Program-made: the position numbers and the translations under genes
NCBI GenBank assembly: GCA_950072105.1
Contig: CATMOE010000004.1
Coordinates: 32,454-96,453 of the forward strand
Direction of reading: 5' to 3'
DNA: 64,000 nt
Origin: an uncultured Dehalococcoidia bacterium
GTDB lineage: Bacteria; Chloroflexota; Dehalococcoidia; Lucifugimonadales; UBA3495
In this document: positions 40,152 to 48,689 of the stretch, in pieces
How positions within the stretch are numbered: position 1 is the first letter of the stretch
Layout of the letters: the number at the start of each line of letters is the position of its first letter
Notes under the pieces: model-generated
Seen by the model: the letters and a program-made list of their open reading frames with translations, nothing else
What the model was told of the DNA's origin: nothing
Database searches by the model: none

Positions 40152-41060
40152 TTACGAAAGTTTTGCCGCGTGAGCCACGGCATCGTCGTAGTAATTTTCG
40201 ATGTAATAGTCGGCTATGTCGTCCGCGGTGGTCTGCCACACCCCGTCGTGGGACATGATGTGGCTTAGAATGTCGTCCAGATACTTGATCCGATGCGGCT
40301 GGCCGATAAGAAAGGGATGCAGGGCGATGCACATGACCCGTCCGCTTTCGGCTCCTTCCTTGTACAGTTGGTCGAATTGGGCTTTGCAGATCCGGGCGAA
40401 ATAGTCACCCTCGTAGTGGTTGTCCCGGAGCAGCGACGAGTCATTTAGCTCGATGGAATAAGGCACCGAGACAAGCTTTCCGGACTTCACTTTGATGGGG
40501 ACCGGTTGGTCGTCATGCATCCAGTCGGTGTGGTAGATGAGACCCGCTTCGGCCATCAGGTCCGGGGTCCGTTCCGTGCCGGATATAGCTGGTCCCAGCA
40601 TGCCTTTGAGCTGTTTACCCGTGTGCAGCTTCAGGGTATCGATGGTGTCCCGGTAGAACTCCCGCTCTTGCTCTTCGGTGTAGGTGTAAAGGTACCGGGT
40701 ATTGTAGATACCGTGGCTCATGTAGTCGTAGTCGCGTTGGACCATTGCATCGCGGATTTCCGGGAAATGTTCCAATACGGCCATGTTCAGAGAGACGCAG
40801 CACCGGATGTTGTACTTGTCCAAGGTCTCCAGCATCCGCCAGAACCCCACCCGGTTGCCGTAGTCCCGGTAAGAGTACTGCTGCACATCGGGAAAGGGAG
40901 TGCGAGGCCAGGGGGTGCGGGCCGAATCGTCGTCGGGCATGTATTCGTAATGCTCAACGTTGGGCGAGATCCACAGGGCAACCCGCGCGTCGTTGGGCCA
41001 CTTGATGATGGGCCGGTCAATGATCGGGCTGTAGTCCACCCGGTTTGGTGGCAACGGCAT
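40152..41060 (-). CDS. Polysaccharide deacetylase-fold hydrolase (PuuE allantoinase-like), paralog A
   Basis: YSPIIDRP.IKWPNDARVA, PNVEHY, RDYGNRVGFWR, DW.HDDQP, PYSIELND, LHPFLIGQPHRI. Confidence 0.92.
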   Translation of the reverse strand: MPLPPNRVDYSPIIDRPIIKWPNDARVALWISPNVEHYEYMPDDDSARTPWPRTPFPDVQQYSYRDYGNRVGFWRMLETLDKYNIRCCVSLNMAVLEHFPEIRDAMVQRDYDYMSHGIYNTRYLYTYTEEQEREFYRDTIDTLKLHTGKQLKGMLGPAISGTERTPDLMAEAGLIYHTDWMHDDQPVPIKVKSGKLVSVPYSIELNDSSLLRDNHYEGDYFARICKAQFDQLYKEGAESGRVMCIALHPFLIGQPHRIKYLDDILSHIMSHDGVWQTTADDIADYYIENYYDDAVAHAAKLS

Positions 41061-41106
41061 GGAGACTACCTCCTGGTTAGGTTTGCTTCTGGAATCGACT
41101 GAAGAG

Positions 41107-42534
41107 TTAAGCCGCCACCGCCGGCCAGTGTCCGCGGCTGGGGGAGACTGATTCGTAGCCTTGGGCTACGCGAAATAGCGTGCTTTCGTCGAAGGCGCGC
41201 CCGATGAATTGGATGCCTATGGGGAGGCCCGCCTGATTGAATCCGCAGGGAACGGTGATGGCCGGCAATCCGGTGGCATTCTCAGGGCTGGTGTTTCGGG
41301 AGATGACGCCGGAGCCCGGACCGCGCACCCGGTGTTCCTCGCCGCCCAGGGTGATGTACTTGGCGTCGATGCGGGGCGCCGCCACCGGCGCGGTGGGGGT
41401 TACCAGGAAGTCCACCTCCTGGAGCACCCGGGCGTGTTCTTCTTGGATGATCCGTTGCACCTTCAGGGCTTTGGAGTAGTCCCGCCCTAGGACGAACTGG
41501 CCGGCCAGGGTGCGGTAAAGGGTATCCGGCCCATAGTCTTCCCGCTTCGCCTGGATGTACGGCTCGTGGGTCACCACGCTGTCGGCCATGCCGGAGAAGC
41601 GCAACGCCCCGGAATACTCCATGTTGGGCAGGCTAACCTCTTTGATTTCCACCCCCAATTCTTGCAGGGCCTCGATGGCCAGACGGACCGCCGCCTCCAC
41701 TTCGCTGTCCACCAGGTCGAAGAAATAGTTGGTGGGAATGCCCATCTTCATTCCATGGAGGTTTCCCTCAAGGGCAGCGGAGTAGTCGGGCACTGGAACT
41801 GGCACGGTGCTGGGGTCTAAGGGGTCGTAACCGGCGAGGGCTTGCAGTACTAAGGCACTGTCGCTGACCGAGCGGGTCATGGGACCGATGTGGTCGCCAT
41901 TGAAACTGGTTACCAGCAGTCCCCGTTGGCTCAACCGGCCGAAGGTCTGCTTGAGGCCGACCACACCGCAGAAGGTCCCCGGCAGACGGACCGAGCCTCC
42001 CAAGTCGGTGCCCAAAGACGCAAAGGTGACCCCCGACGCCACGTTAGCGCCTCCCCCACCGCTGGACCCTCCGGGAATGTGGTCCAGCGCCCAAGGATTG
42101 TGCACCGGCCCGTAGTGGGGATTGTTGGATGTCGCTCCGGCGGCAAACTCTTCCAGGTTTTCTTTACCCAGAATGATGGCGCCCGCTGCTTTGCAACGCC
42201 GCACAACTTCGGCGTCTTCTTCGGGAACGTTGTCTGAGAGCACTTTAGTCCCCACCGTGGTGCGGATGCCGCCGGTGGCGATGTTGTCCTTTATCCCGAT
42301 GGGGATCCCTTGAAGCGGACCCAGGTATTCTCCCCTGGCCAAAGCCGCTTCCTGCTCTCTGGCCTGGTCCATCGCTTGGTCCCGGAGGATGGTGATGAAT
42401 GAGTTCAATACGGGCTGTAGCCGTTCTGCCTGGGCCAAGGCCGCCTCGGTAAGTTCCACCGGAGAGACTTCCCCGGACAGGATCTTGGGCGCCATATCCG
42501 AGATTGTTAGTTTGAGCAGGGCCAGATTAGCCAT
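41107..42534 (-). CDS. Amidase-signature enzyme (GatA/AtzE-like)
   Basis: GPLQGIPIGIKDN, GK.NL.EFA, PGGSSGG, GTDLGGSVRLP..CGVVGLK.T.G, TGLPAITVPCG. Confidence 0.93.
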   Translation of the reverse strand: MANLALLKLTISDMAPKILSGEVSPVELTEAALAQAERLQPVLNSFITILRDQAMDQAREQEAALARGEYLGPLQGIPIGIKDNIATGGIRTTVGTKVLSDNVPEEDAEVVRRCKAAGAIILGKENLEEFAAGATSNNPHYGPVHNPWALDHIPGGSSGGGGANVASGVTFASLGTDLGGSVRLPGTFCGVVGLKQTFGRLSQRGLLVTSFNGDHIGPMTRSVSDSALVLQALAGYDPLDPSTVPVPVPDYSAALEGNLHGMKMGIPTNYFFDLVDSEVEAAVRLAIEALQELGVEIKEVSLPNMEYSGALRFSGMADSVVTHEPYIQAKREDYGPDTLYRTLAGQFVLGRDYSKALKVQRIIQEEHARVLQEVDFLVTPTAPVAAPRIDAKYITLGGEEHRVRGPGSGVISRNTSPENATGLPAITVPCGFNQAGLPIGIQFIGRAFDESTLFRVAQGYESVSPSRGHWPAVAA

Positions 42535-42727
42535 CGGCGCCAGCTCCCTCGTCCGCTTTGATCAGGCGGCTGGACATTATGCACGAGAGGTCTAGGTCCC
42601 TCAGCTTTTCTAACTCAGCCAAGTAGCTGTCCAACTCGGGTGCGATAAGATCGAACTCGCCGTCGGAAAGCTCAAATCCGTGGTAGTCCCGGATCATTGC
42701 TTTCAGGGTCTCTTTGGAAATCGCCAT
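42527..42727 (-). CDS. Small GatC/AtzG-like amidase partner subunit
   Basis: 66 aa, ISKETLKAM...GFELSDGE...L..Y...L.KLRDLDL; GGAGG RBS; overlaps the amidase start. Confidence 0.65.
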   Translation of the reverse strand: MAISKETLKAMIRDYHGFELSDGEFDLIAPELDSYLAELEKLRDLDLSCIMSSRLIKADEGAGADG

Positions 42728-42981
42728 TGCCTTGACCTCCGGGCCGGGGATGGTTCAGGGCAGAGTGTAAACCAGGGTAATCTGGAAAGCAACGAACCCG
42801 TCCAAAGCAACGTAGTCCAGGGAGGTGCCGGCACCCAAAACGCCTGGGGAAATCTCCGCCCAGACTACCATACTCACTCCCTATTTTGCTCAGGGGTACA
42901 TCCCGTGGATTCGGCAGGAGTCCAGAGTTAAACTGACCTGAAGACTGACGATGAATACTCTACTTTCTATCCGGGATTCCA

Positions 42982-43605
42982 GTGAAATTATCCAGACTTA
43001 AAAAACAAATATCGCTCGATCAAACCCCCAAGTTGGCGTCCGACCAACGAGGAATCACCGGGCTGGAAACCGCGATCGTGTTGATCGCTTTCGTGGTCGT
43101 TTCCTCCGTATTTGCCTTCGCGGCGCTATCCACCGGCCTGTTCTCCAGCGACAAAGCCAAAGAGACCCATACCGCCGGGCTAGCCGAGTCTAGAGGCACT
43201 CTGGAGCTCAAAGGATCGGTGGTTGCCAAGGTGAGCGGAACCACCGGCGCGACCGGCGTGGTGACGAGCATCGAATTCCAGATATCCAACGCCGCCGCCG
43301 GTGAGGCAATTGACATGACTCCGGGTAATACCATTATCAAGTACAGCGACAAGACTCAGACGGTGAATCTGAATTCCAGCACTGAGTTCAGCGCTAGCAA
43401 CATCGCCGCCTTCGGGGACACGGACTCTCTGTTGGAGATTGGCGAACTCTTCCAAATCACGCTTTTGAATCTAACCTCAAACCTCGCCACCGACTTGGGT
43501 ACAAATACCGACTTTACCATAGAGATGATACCTTCCGGGGGAGCCGTATTATTCATAGGACGGAGAACACCGGTGTCTTTGGAAGCGAGTAACCGCCTCG
43601 ACTAG
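42982..43605 (+). CDS. Archaellin (archaeal flagellin FlaB/ArlB-like)
   Basis: Class III signal peptide QRG|ITGLETAIVLIAFVVVSSVFAFAALSTG, followed by AAGEAID, D.LLE.GE and F.IE.IP..GA.L.I.R..P archaellin motifs. Confidence 0.88.
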   Translation: MKLSRLKKQISLDQTPKLASDQRGITGLETAIVLIAFVVVSSVFAFAALSTGLFSSDKAKETHTAGLAESRGTLELKGSVVAKVSGTTGATGVVTSIEFQISNAAAGEAIDMTPGNTIIKYSDKTQTVNLNSSTEFSASNIAAFGDTDSLLEIGELFQITLLNLTSNLATDLGTNTDFTIEMIPSGGAVLFIGRRTPVSLEASNRLD

Positions 43606-43779
43606 ACCTTATTGCAAGGTTTCAGACCCACGAAGGTTCCAGACCCACGATCGAACCAAGCCCCATGCCGCTCCCGCATTTTAATTTCGGTGCGCTGGTA
43701 GTATTATGGTAAGAGAACCACCGGGCTAGGCACAGCAGATCTCAGGCCGCCGGGGGACGGCCGGTCCAGAGGCAAAAAC

Positions 43780-45615
43780 TTGAGGAACCTGGCGAATTTC
43801 CTGGTTCATCTCTTCGGGCGCGAAGGCGAACGGGACCGTATAAACCTCTCCACGGTCCACGACCGATGCTTGCTCTGCGAACAGCAGATCAGCGATTCCA
43901 CGACCTACCTAACCTACCGGGTATGCCCTTATTGCCGGTTCCACTACACCCTTTCCGCTCGGGAACGGATCGAGCTTCTGGCGGATAAAGGGACCTTCAA
44001 AGAGTCCCAAAGATACCTCAGTTCTGTTGCGCCTCTGTCATTTTCCGGAAAGGCAACCTACCGGGAAATGATATCCCGTGACCAGGACCGCACCGGGTTG
44101 ACCGAAGCCGCGGTAACCGGCCGATGCCGGATCGACGGCATAGATGTGATGTTGGTGGTGCTGGACTTTGGGTTCATGGGTGGCAGTATGGGCAGCGTGG
44201 TGGGGGAGAAGGTGGCCACGGCCTTGGAGACGGCGGCCCGGCGAGACCTTCCGATGGTCGCCTTGGTCACCGGCGGCGGCGCCCGGGTACAAGAAGGCGT
44301 TCTGTCTTTGATGCAGATGGCCAAGACGGTGACCGCGGCGAACCGCCTGCGGGAAAAGCAAGTGCCCTTCATCGTGGTGCTGGCCAACCCGTCTACCGGT
44401 CAGGCCTACGCCAGCTTCGCCAACCTAGGCGACATAATCATCGCCGAACCGGGCTCGTTGATCGGTTTGTCGCCCCTTCGGACTCTGCGGGAAGTGTCTA
44501 AGACACCCCTGCCCCTAGACGCCCATACCGCCGAGGCTCACCTGGGTCACGGTCTGCTTGATAACGTAGTCGATCGTGAGGCTTTGCAACCCCGGTTGTC
44601 CATACTCCTCCAGATCCTCACCGCCAAGAAGCACAGCAATGGGAATCTCAAGGAGCTGCTCAAAACGGAGATTGAGACTCCGGAAGACGCGGAGCCGTGG
44701 GAGGCGGTCACCATTGCCCGGGACGCCGAAAGGCCGTTGTCCTTGAACTACATGAGAGCGATACTGGATCCTTTCATCGAGCTTCACGGCGACCGGTTAA
44801 ATAGTGACGACCGGTCGATCGTTGGTGGACTGGGATTTCTCTGCGGCGAGCCGGTGGCTATCATCGGGCAGCAAAGGCGTTCCCCGGTCGATGGAGAGCG
44901 CTACCACGTATATCCTGACGGCCTGCGCAAGGCGCAGCGCATGATTGAATTGTCGGCCCGGTTCAAGTTGCCTCTGGTGGCGTTGGTGGATACTCAAGGC
45001 GCCGACCCTGGCTTGGAGGCGGAGGAGCAAGGCATTGGCAACGCTATCGCCAAGACGCTGTCGATGATGGCCGATGCTCCTACCCCCATCGTCTCAGTAA
45101 TAATCGGTGAGGGCGGCAGCGAAGGCGCGCTGGCATTGGGACTTTCCGACCGCACTTTGATGCAACAATTCGCGATCTATTCGCCGATAACGTTGAACCA
45201 TAACTTGGGAGGCTCCTATCCCGACCATAAGTTGGACCGGGAAGCCGCCGAGGCTCTGATGCTGACTGCCCGGGATTGCGTGGAATTGGGCATCGTGGAC
45301 CGGATCGTGCCAGAACCCCCTAACGGGTCCCACACCAATCCCAAGGAAGCGGCAGCAGCTTTACAAGTTTCGGTGCTAAAGGAACTGGCCGGGTTGTCCA
45401 AACTATCTGAGGGTAAGCTTCGCAAACAACGTTATCGCAAGTTTCGGCGCATGGGAGAGCGGAGCACCTATTCTCATGAAGCGGTGATCCGTGAAGTGGA
45501 GTTGCTGCGGGGAATATCCTCCGGGGAACGGGAGGACGGCAAAAACGGCCGCGTCCAAAAGAAAAGGACCCTGGAAGACGAGTCTTCCCATGGTCCAGTT
45601 TCCTCTGACGACTAG
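43780..45615 (+). CDS. Fused AccD-AccA carboxyltransferase (beta+alpha), divergent
   Basis: CX2CX15CX2C zinc finger, DFGFMGGSMGSVVGEK, GGARVQEG.LSLMQMAK; ELHGDR, G.RKA.R, VDT.GA.PG..AEEQG, IGEGGS, RYRKFR.MG. Confidence 0.88.
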   Translation: MRNLANFLVHLFGREGERDRINLSTVHDRCLLCEQQISDSTTYLTYRVCPYCRFHYTLSARERIELLADKGTFKESQRYLSSVAPLSFSGKATYREMISRDQDRTGLTEAAVTGRCRIDGIDVMLVVLDFGFMGGSMGSVVGEKVATALETAARRDLPMVALVTGGGARVQEGVLSLMQMAKTVTAANRLREKQVPFIVVLANPSTGQAYASFANLGDIIIAEPGSLIGLSPLRTLREVSKTPLPLDAHTAEAHLGHGLLDNVVDREALQPRLSILLQILTAKKHSNGNLKELLKTEIETPEDAEPWEAVTIARDAERPLSLNYMRAILDPFIELHGDRLNSDDRSIVGGLGFLCGEPVAIIGQQRRSPVDGERYHVYPDGLRKAQRMIELSARFKLPLVALVDTQGADPGLEAEEQGIGNAIAKTLSMMADAPTPIVSVIIGEGGSEGALALGLSDRTLMQQFAIYSPITLNHNLGGSYPDHKLDREAAEALMLTARDCVELGIVDRIVPEPPNGSHTNPKEAAAALQVSVLKELAGLSKLSEGKLRKQRYRKFRRMGERSTYSHEAVIREVELLRGISSGEREDGKNGRVQKKRTLEDESSHGPVSSDD

Positions 45616-45629
45616 AAACCTGCTGGCTG

Positions 45630-46439
45630 TTAGGAGGCTTCCCGTCCGAACTCATGCAGGCTATTCTTGACGCGTTTGACCAAGTGAGCGTATTCCTCGC
45701 CCACCGAATCGTCCATCAAAGAAGTGGGCTTTGTTGTGTCTTGGTAAGAGGACCGCAACGCCAGGGTCCCAAGGAATGGTGTGTCTACCTCGGCCGCCAA
45801 CTTCTCGCCTCCTCCCTGCCCGAATACTTCCCCGGTGTAGTTCTCCACTATTCCCAGCACGTTAAGGTTGAGTTTCCGAATCATGTTGATACAACGCCTG
45901 GCGTCGATATTCGCCAGTTGCTGGGGGGTGCTTACAACCACGAATCCATCCATGGGCAAAGTCTGCATGACGGTCAATGGGGAGTCGGAAGTCCCCGGAG
46001 GAAGGTCGACCACCAGGTAGTCCAAGTCTCCCCACTCGGTGGTTTGTAAAAACTGGCTGATGGCGTTGTGAATCATGGGACCGCGCCAGATGATCGCTTC
46101 TTCCTCGTTTTCTTGAAAGAAGGCCATTGAAACGACTCGGACGCCCCATTTTTCCGATGGGTGAATCTGGCCGTCCACGTAATCGGGTTTGTCTTCAATG
46201 CCCAGGACTTTGGTGACATTGGGACAGTCTATGTCCACATCCAGCAGCCCGACACTGTTTCCTTGTTGGGCGAGAGTGACCGCCAGATTGACGGCTACGG
46301 TGGTCTTTCCTACTCCGCCTTTGCCGCTGTAGACGCCAATCTTGGTTTTGATCTTGGATAGGCGATCGGTGATCTGGCGTTTCTGTTCCCAGCTGCGTTT
46401 GATCTGCTCCAGCCGGGCGTTTTCCTGGGGCGTTGGCAT
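45630..46439 (-). CDS. mrp: Mrp/ApbC/NBP35 P-loop ATPase
   Basis: SGKGGVGKTT, IIWRGPM, WGDLDYLVVDLPPGTSD, TPQ, GIVEN. Confidence 0.9.
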   Translation of the reverse strand: MPTPQENARLEQIKRSWEQKRQITDRLSKIKTKIGVYSGKGGVGKTTVAVNLAVTLAQQGNSVGLLDVDIDCPNVTKVLGIEDKPDYVDGQIHPSEKWGVRVVSMAFFQENEEEAIIWRGPMIHNAISQFLQTTEWGDLDYLVVDLPPGTSDSPLTVMQTLPMDGFVVVSTPQQLANIDARRCINMIRKLNLNVLGIVENYTGEVFGQGGGEKLAAEVDTPFLGTLALRSSYQDTTKPTSLMDDSVGEEYAHLVKRVKNSLHEFGREAS

Positions 46440-46512
46440 GCGGTCCTCCAGCCGGATCTCCGGGCTGCTTAGGGTTAAGGTTAAAAAAGTCTTGCCTGGG
46501 GAATGTCGAAGC

Positions 46513-46818
46513 CTAGATGCCTAGCTGGGACCTGGCCTCTTCGCTGATAAGGTCGGGGGACCATGGAGGGTCGAATACCAGCTCTATCTCAACGTCTTCC
46601 ACGCCTTCAACGTCCTGAATCGCCCACTCTGCTTGCTGGGCAATGAAAGGGCCCATGCCGCAACCGGGGAAGGTCAATGTCATCTGAACGTAGACATCGC
46701 CTTTAGTGACCTGCACGTCGTAGATCAGTCCTAGATCCACCACGTTTACCGGTATCTCTGGATCGAAAACGGTCTTGAGAGATTCGTAGATCGCTTCCGT
46801 GGTTAGCTCTTCCGCCAT
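46513..46818 (-). CDS. Metal-sulfur cluster assembly factor (SufT/DUF59)
   Basis: VFDPEIPVNVVDLGLIY, MTLTFPGC, VFDPPWSPD.IS. Confidence 0.93.
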   Translation of the reverse strand: MAEELTTEAIYESLKTVFDPEIPVNVVDLGLIYDVQVTKGDVYVQMTLTFPGCGMGPFIAQQAEWAIQDVEGVEDVEIELVFDPPWSPDLISEEARSQLGI

Positions 46819-46980
46819 AATATCCTCCCTAAGGCTTCGGCTGGGCCCGACTTTCTTAATTATATGGAAAGTCGACCTATTTGGTCAACAATTCCTGGAT
46901 GTATCTAGTCCCAGGATTAGAATCGCTGAATCATGGTTCTGGTTCGGCAATCAATCTCTATATATAGCCTATATGGGCGG

Positions 46981-47949
46981 TTAAGGAATCAGCAACACCT
47001 TGCCAGTGGTGCTCCGGCCCTCAAGCTGGCGGTGGGCTTCCGAGGCCTCGGCCAATGGAAAGACATGCTCCACCCGCAGCTTTAGCTCGCCTGACTTGAC
47101 CCAGCCCAGCACGTCTCCAGCCCGCTGCTCCAACTCTTCCCTGGTGGCTGTATAGTCGGCCAGTCCGGGGCGGGTCAGGTACAGGGAGCCGTTGCCAAGG
47201 ATCCTTGGGTCCATGGAGGTGACCGGGCCGCTGGAATTGCCGTAAAGCACCATGTGCCCCCTTCTACCCAAGCAACTGATGCTCTGGTCGAAAGTAGTCT
47301 TTGCCACCGAATCGTAAACGGCCCGCACACCCTCGCCGTTGGTGGCTTTCTTTACTTCTTCCGCGAAATCCTGCTGGGTGTAGAGAATGACGTGGTCGGC
47401 GCCCGCTTCCCTGGCCAGGTCCGCCTTGGCTTCGGTGGAAACGGTGGTGAAGATATACCCGCCCAGCTTCTTGACCATTTGGATCAGCAATAATCCCACT
47501 CCACCGGCGCCGGCATGTATGACAACCCGGTCGCCTTTTTGCACCGAGTAGGTCGAGTGGCAAAGGTAGTGGGCGGTCATGCCCTGCAGCATAGCGGCGG
47601 CGCCCGCTCGCGCGTCCAATCCATCCGGCATCTTGATAAGGCGGGAAGCCGGTACTAACGCTTGCTCGGCGTAAGACCCGGGGGTGCCGCAGTAGGCAAC
47701 GACATCACCTTCTTTAACTTGGGTAACGCCAGACCCGACGCCACGCACTGTTCCGGCCCCTTCCACGCCGATGGTCCGTGGAAGGGGCTGGCCAGGGTTG
47801 GCCCCCATCCGGTTGTAGACATCGGTAAAGTTGACGCCCACGGCCTGTATCTCCACCAAGGCTTGTCCTTCTCCAGGGCTCAGATCCGCCACGTCCTGGT
47901 ACTTCATGGCCTCGGGGCCGCCGTGCTCAGATATCTGTACTGCTTTCAT
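46981..47949 (-). CDS. qor: NADPH:quinone oxidoreductase (zeta-crystallin/MDR family)
   Basis: GGPE, GVNFTD, GVEGAG, GSYAE, LQGMTAHYL, HAGAGGVG, VYDSV, STTGKVLL. Confidence 0.92.
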   Translation of the reverse strand: MKAVQISEHGGPEAMKYQDVADLSPGEGQALVEIQAVGVNFTDVYNRMGANPGQPLPRTIGVEGAGTVRGVGSGVTQVKEGDVVAYCGTPGSYAEQALVPASRLIKMPDGLDARAGAAAMLQGMTAHYLCHSTYSVQKGDRVVIHAGAGGVGLLLIQMVKKLGGYIFTTVSTEAKADLAREAGADHVILYTQQDFAEEVKKATNGEGVRAVYDSVAKTTFDQSISCLGRRGHMVLYGNSSGPVTSMDPRILGNGSLYLTRPGLADYTATREELEQRAGDVLGWVKSGELKLRVEHVFPLAEASEAHRQLEGRSTTGKVLLIP

Positions 47950-48323
47950 GATTCATCCTCCTAGTTGACCGAGTGCTGATCAAGGGTCACTGCGATTCTC
48001 TCTCGCCGTTTGGATCATACAATCATTATCGGTTTCCCCCGACTGACGCCGCATTTCCTAATAAGTTGAGGCCAACTTCTCCGGTATATCCTAACCGCCA
48101 TGTATCGGGTGAATCTGGGAGTGAGATTAACCCCATGTTGAATGAAGCGCACGCGATACCGGAGAGGTAAATCAGTCCGACGGTAGTATACTCCGAATGT
48201 ATGTGCTGGGACACGTATGGGTGCGCGGTTCAAGATTGGCCGCGGCGTATTTTTGCCGGATCGGCCTGGCCGGCATAGAGATAAAATCGGAAGTTGGTGA
48301 CGTTGAAGGCCGGTTCGAAGTCG

Positions 48324-48352
48324 TTGATATCCCTACCGGAAACTGATATTAT
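48324..48352 (+). promoter_or_regulatory. Sigma70-type promoter for the greA leader
   Basis: TTGATA-17 nt-TATTAT. Confidence 0.65.
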
Positions 48353-48367
48353 TGATAAGACGTTCAT

Positions 48368-48670
48368 CGGTCATCGGTGACCGCCATCCCCCCTGAAAAT
48401 TCAATCCGTCTAGTCGGCTGGAACAGCCGAATGGCCAGAAATTAGGGTTCAGAGCGGCCATCCAAGTATCGAACCTCCGGGTGGACCGAAGAAACCCAAT
48501 CTACCGGGAAAGACCCGGTGGACTGCCTCAACCAGCGTAACCAGGACGCCCACCCAGGTAGAACGGTCCCGTTAAACCGAACGAGCAATAGTCCTTGTCC
48601 CAGGTTTGATCTGTGGATGGTAGGGATGCGGATGGCGTGATGGAAGGCTAAATGTTCAGCAGAGGCTGAA
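48368..48670 (+). ncRNA. Candidate structured RNA / long greA 5' leader of unknown family
   Basis: Nested helices cgccatcc/ggatggcg, ccatccaag.atcgaacct/aggtttgatct.tggatgg, gggtgg/ccaccc, tctaccggg/cccggtgga and tcggctg/cagccga; G-U pairs favour the + strand. Confidence 0.5.
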
Positions 48671-48689
48671 AATTCTGGAGGTATCTGAA

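Noticed and set aside
41107-42727. gatCA of the tRNA amidotransferase
   Set aside because: No gatB follows, the context is catabolic, and glnS is present.
42929-42954. Sigma28-like promoter (TAAA-N14-GACGATGA) before the archaellin
   Set aside because: Spacing is short and there are two mismatches, so it could be chance.
43616-43649. 17-bp tandem duplication after the archaellin stop
   Set aside because: Only two copies; most simply local slippage.
48368-48670. RNase P, tmRNA or SRP RNA
   Set aside because: Signature sequences (GAGGAAAGUCC, tRNA-like ends with CCA, the SRP GGAA-loop motif) were not found on either strand.
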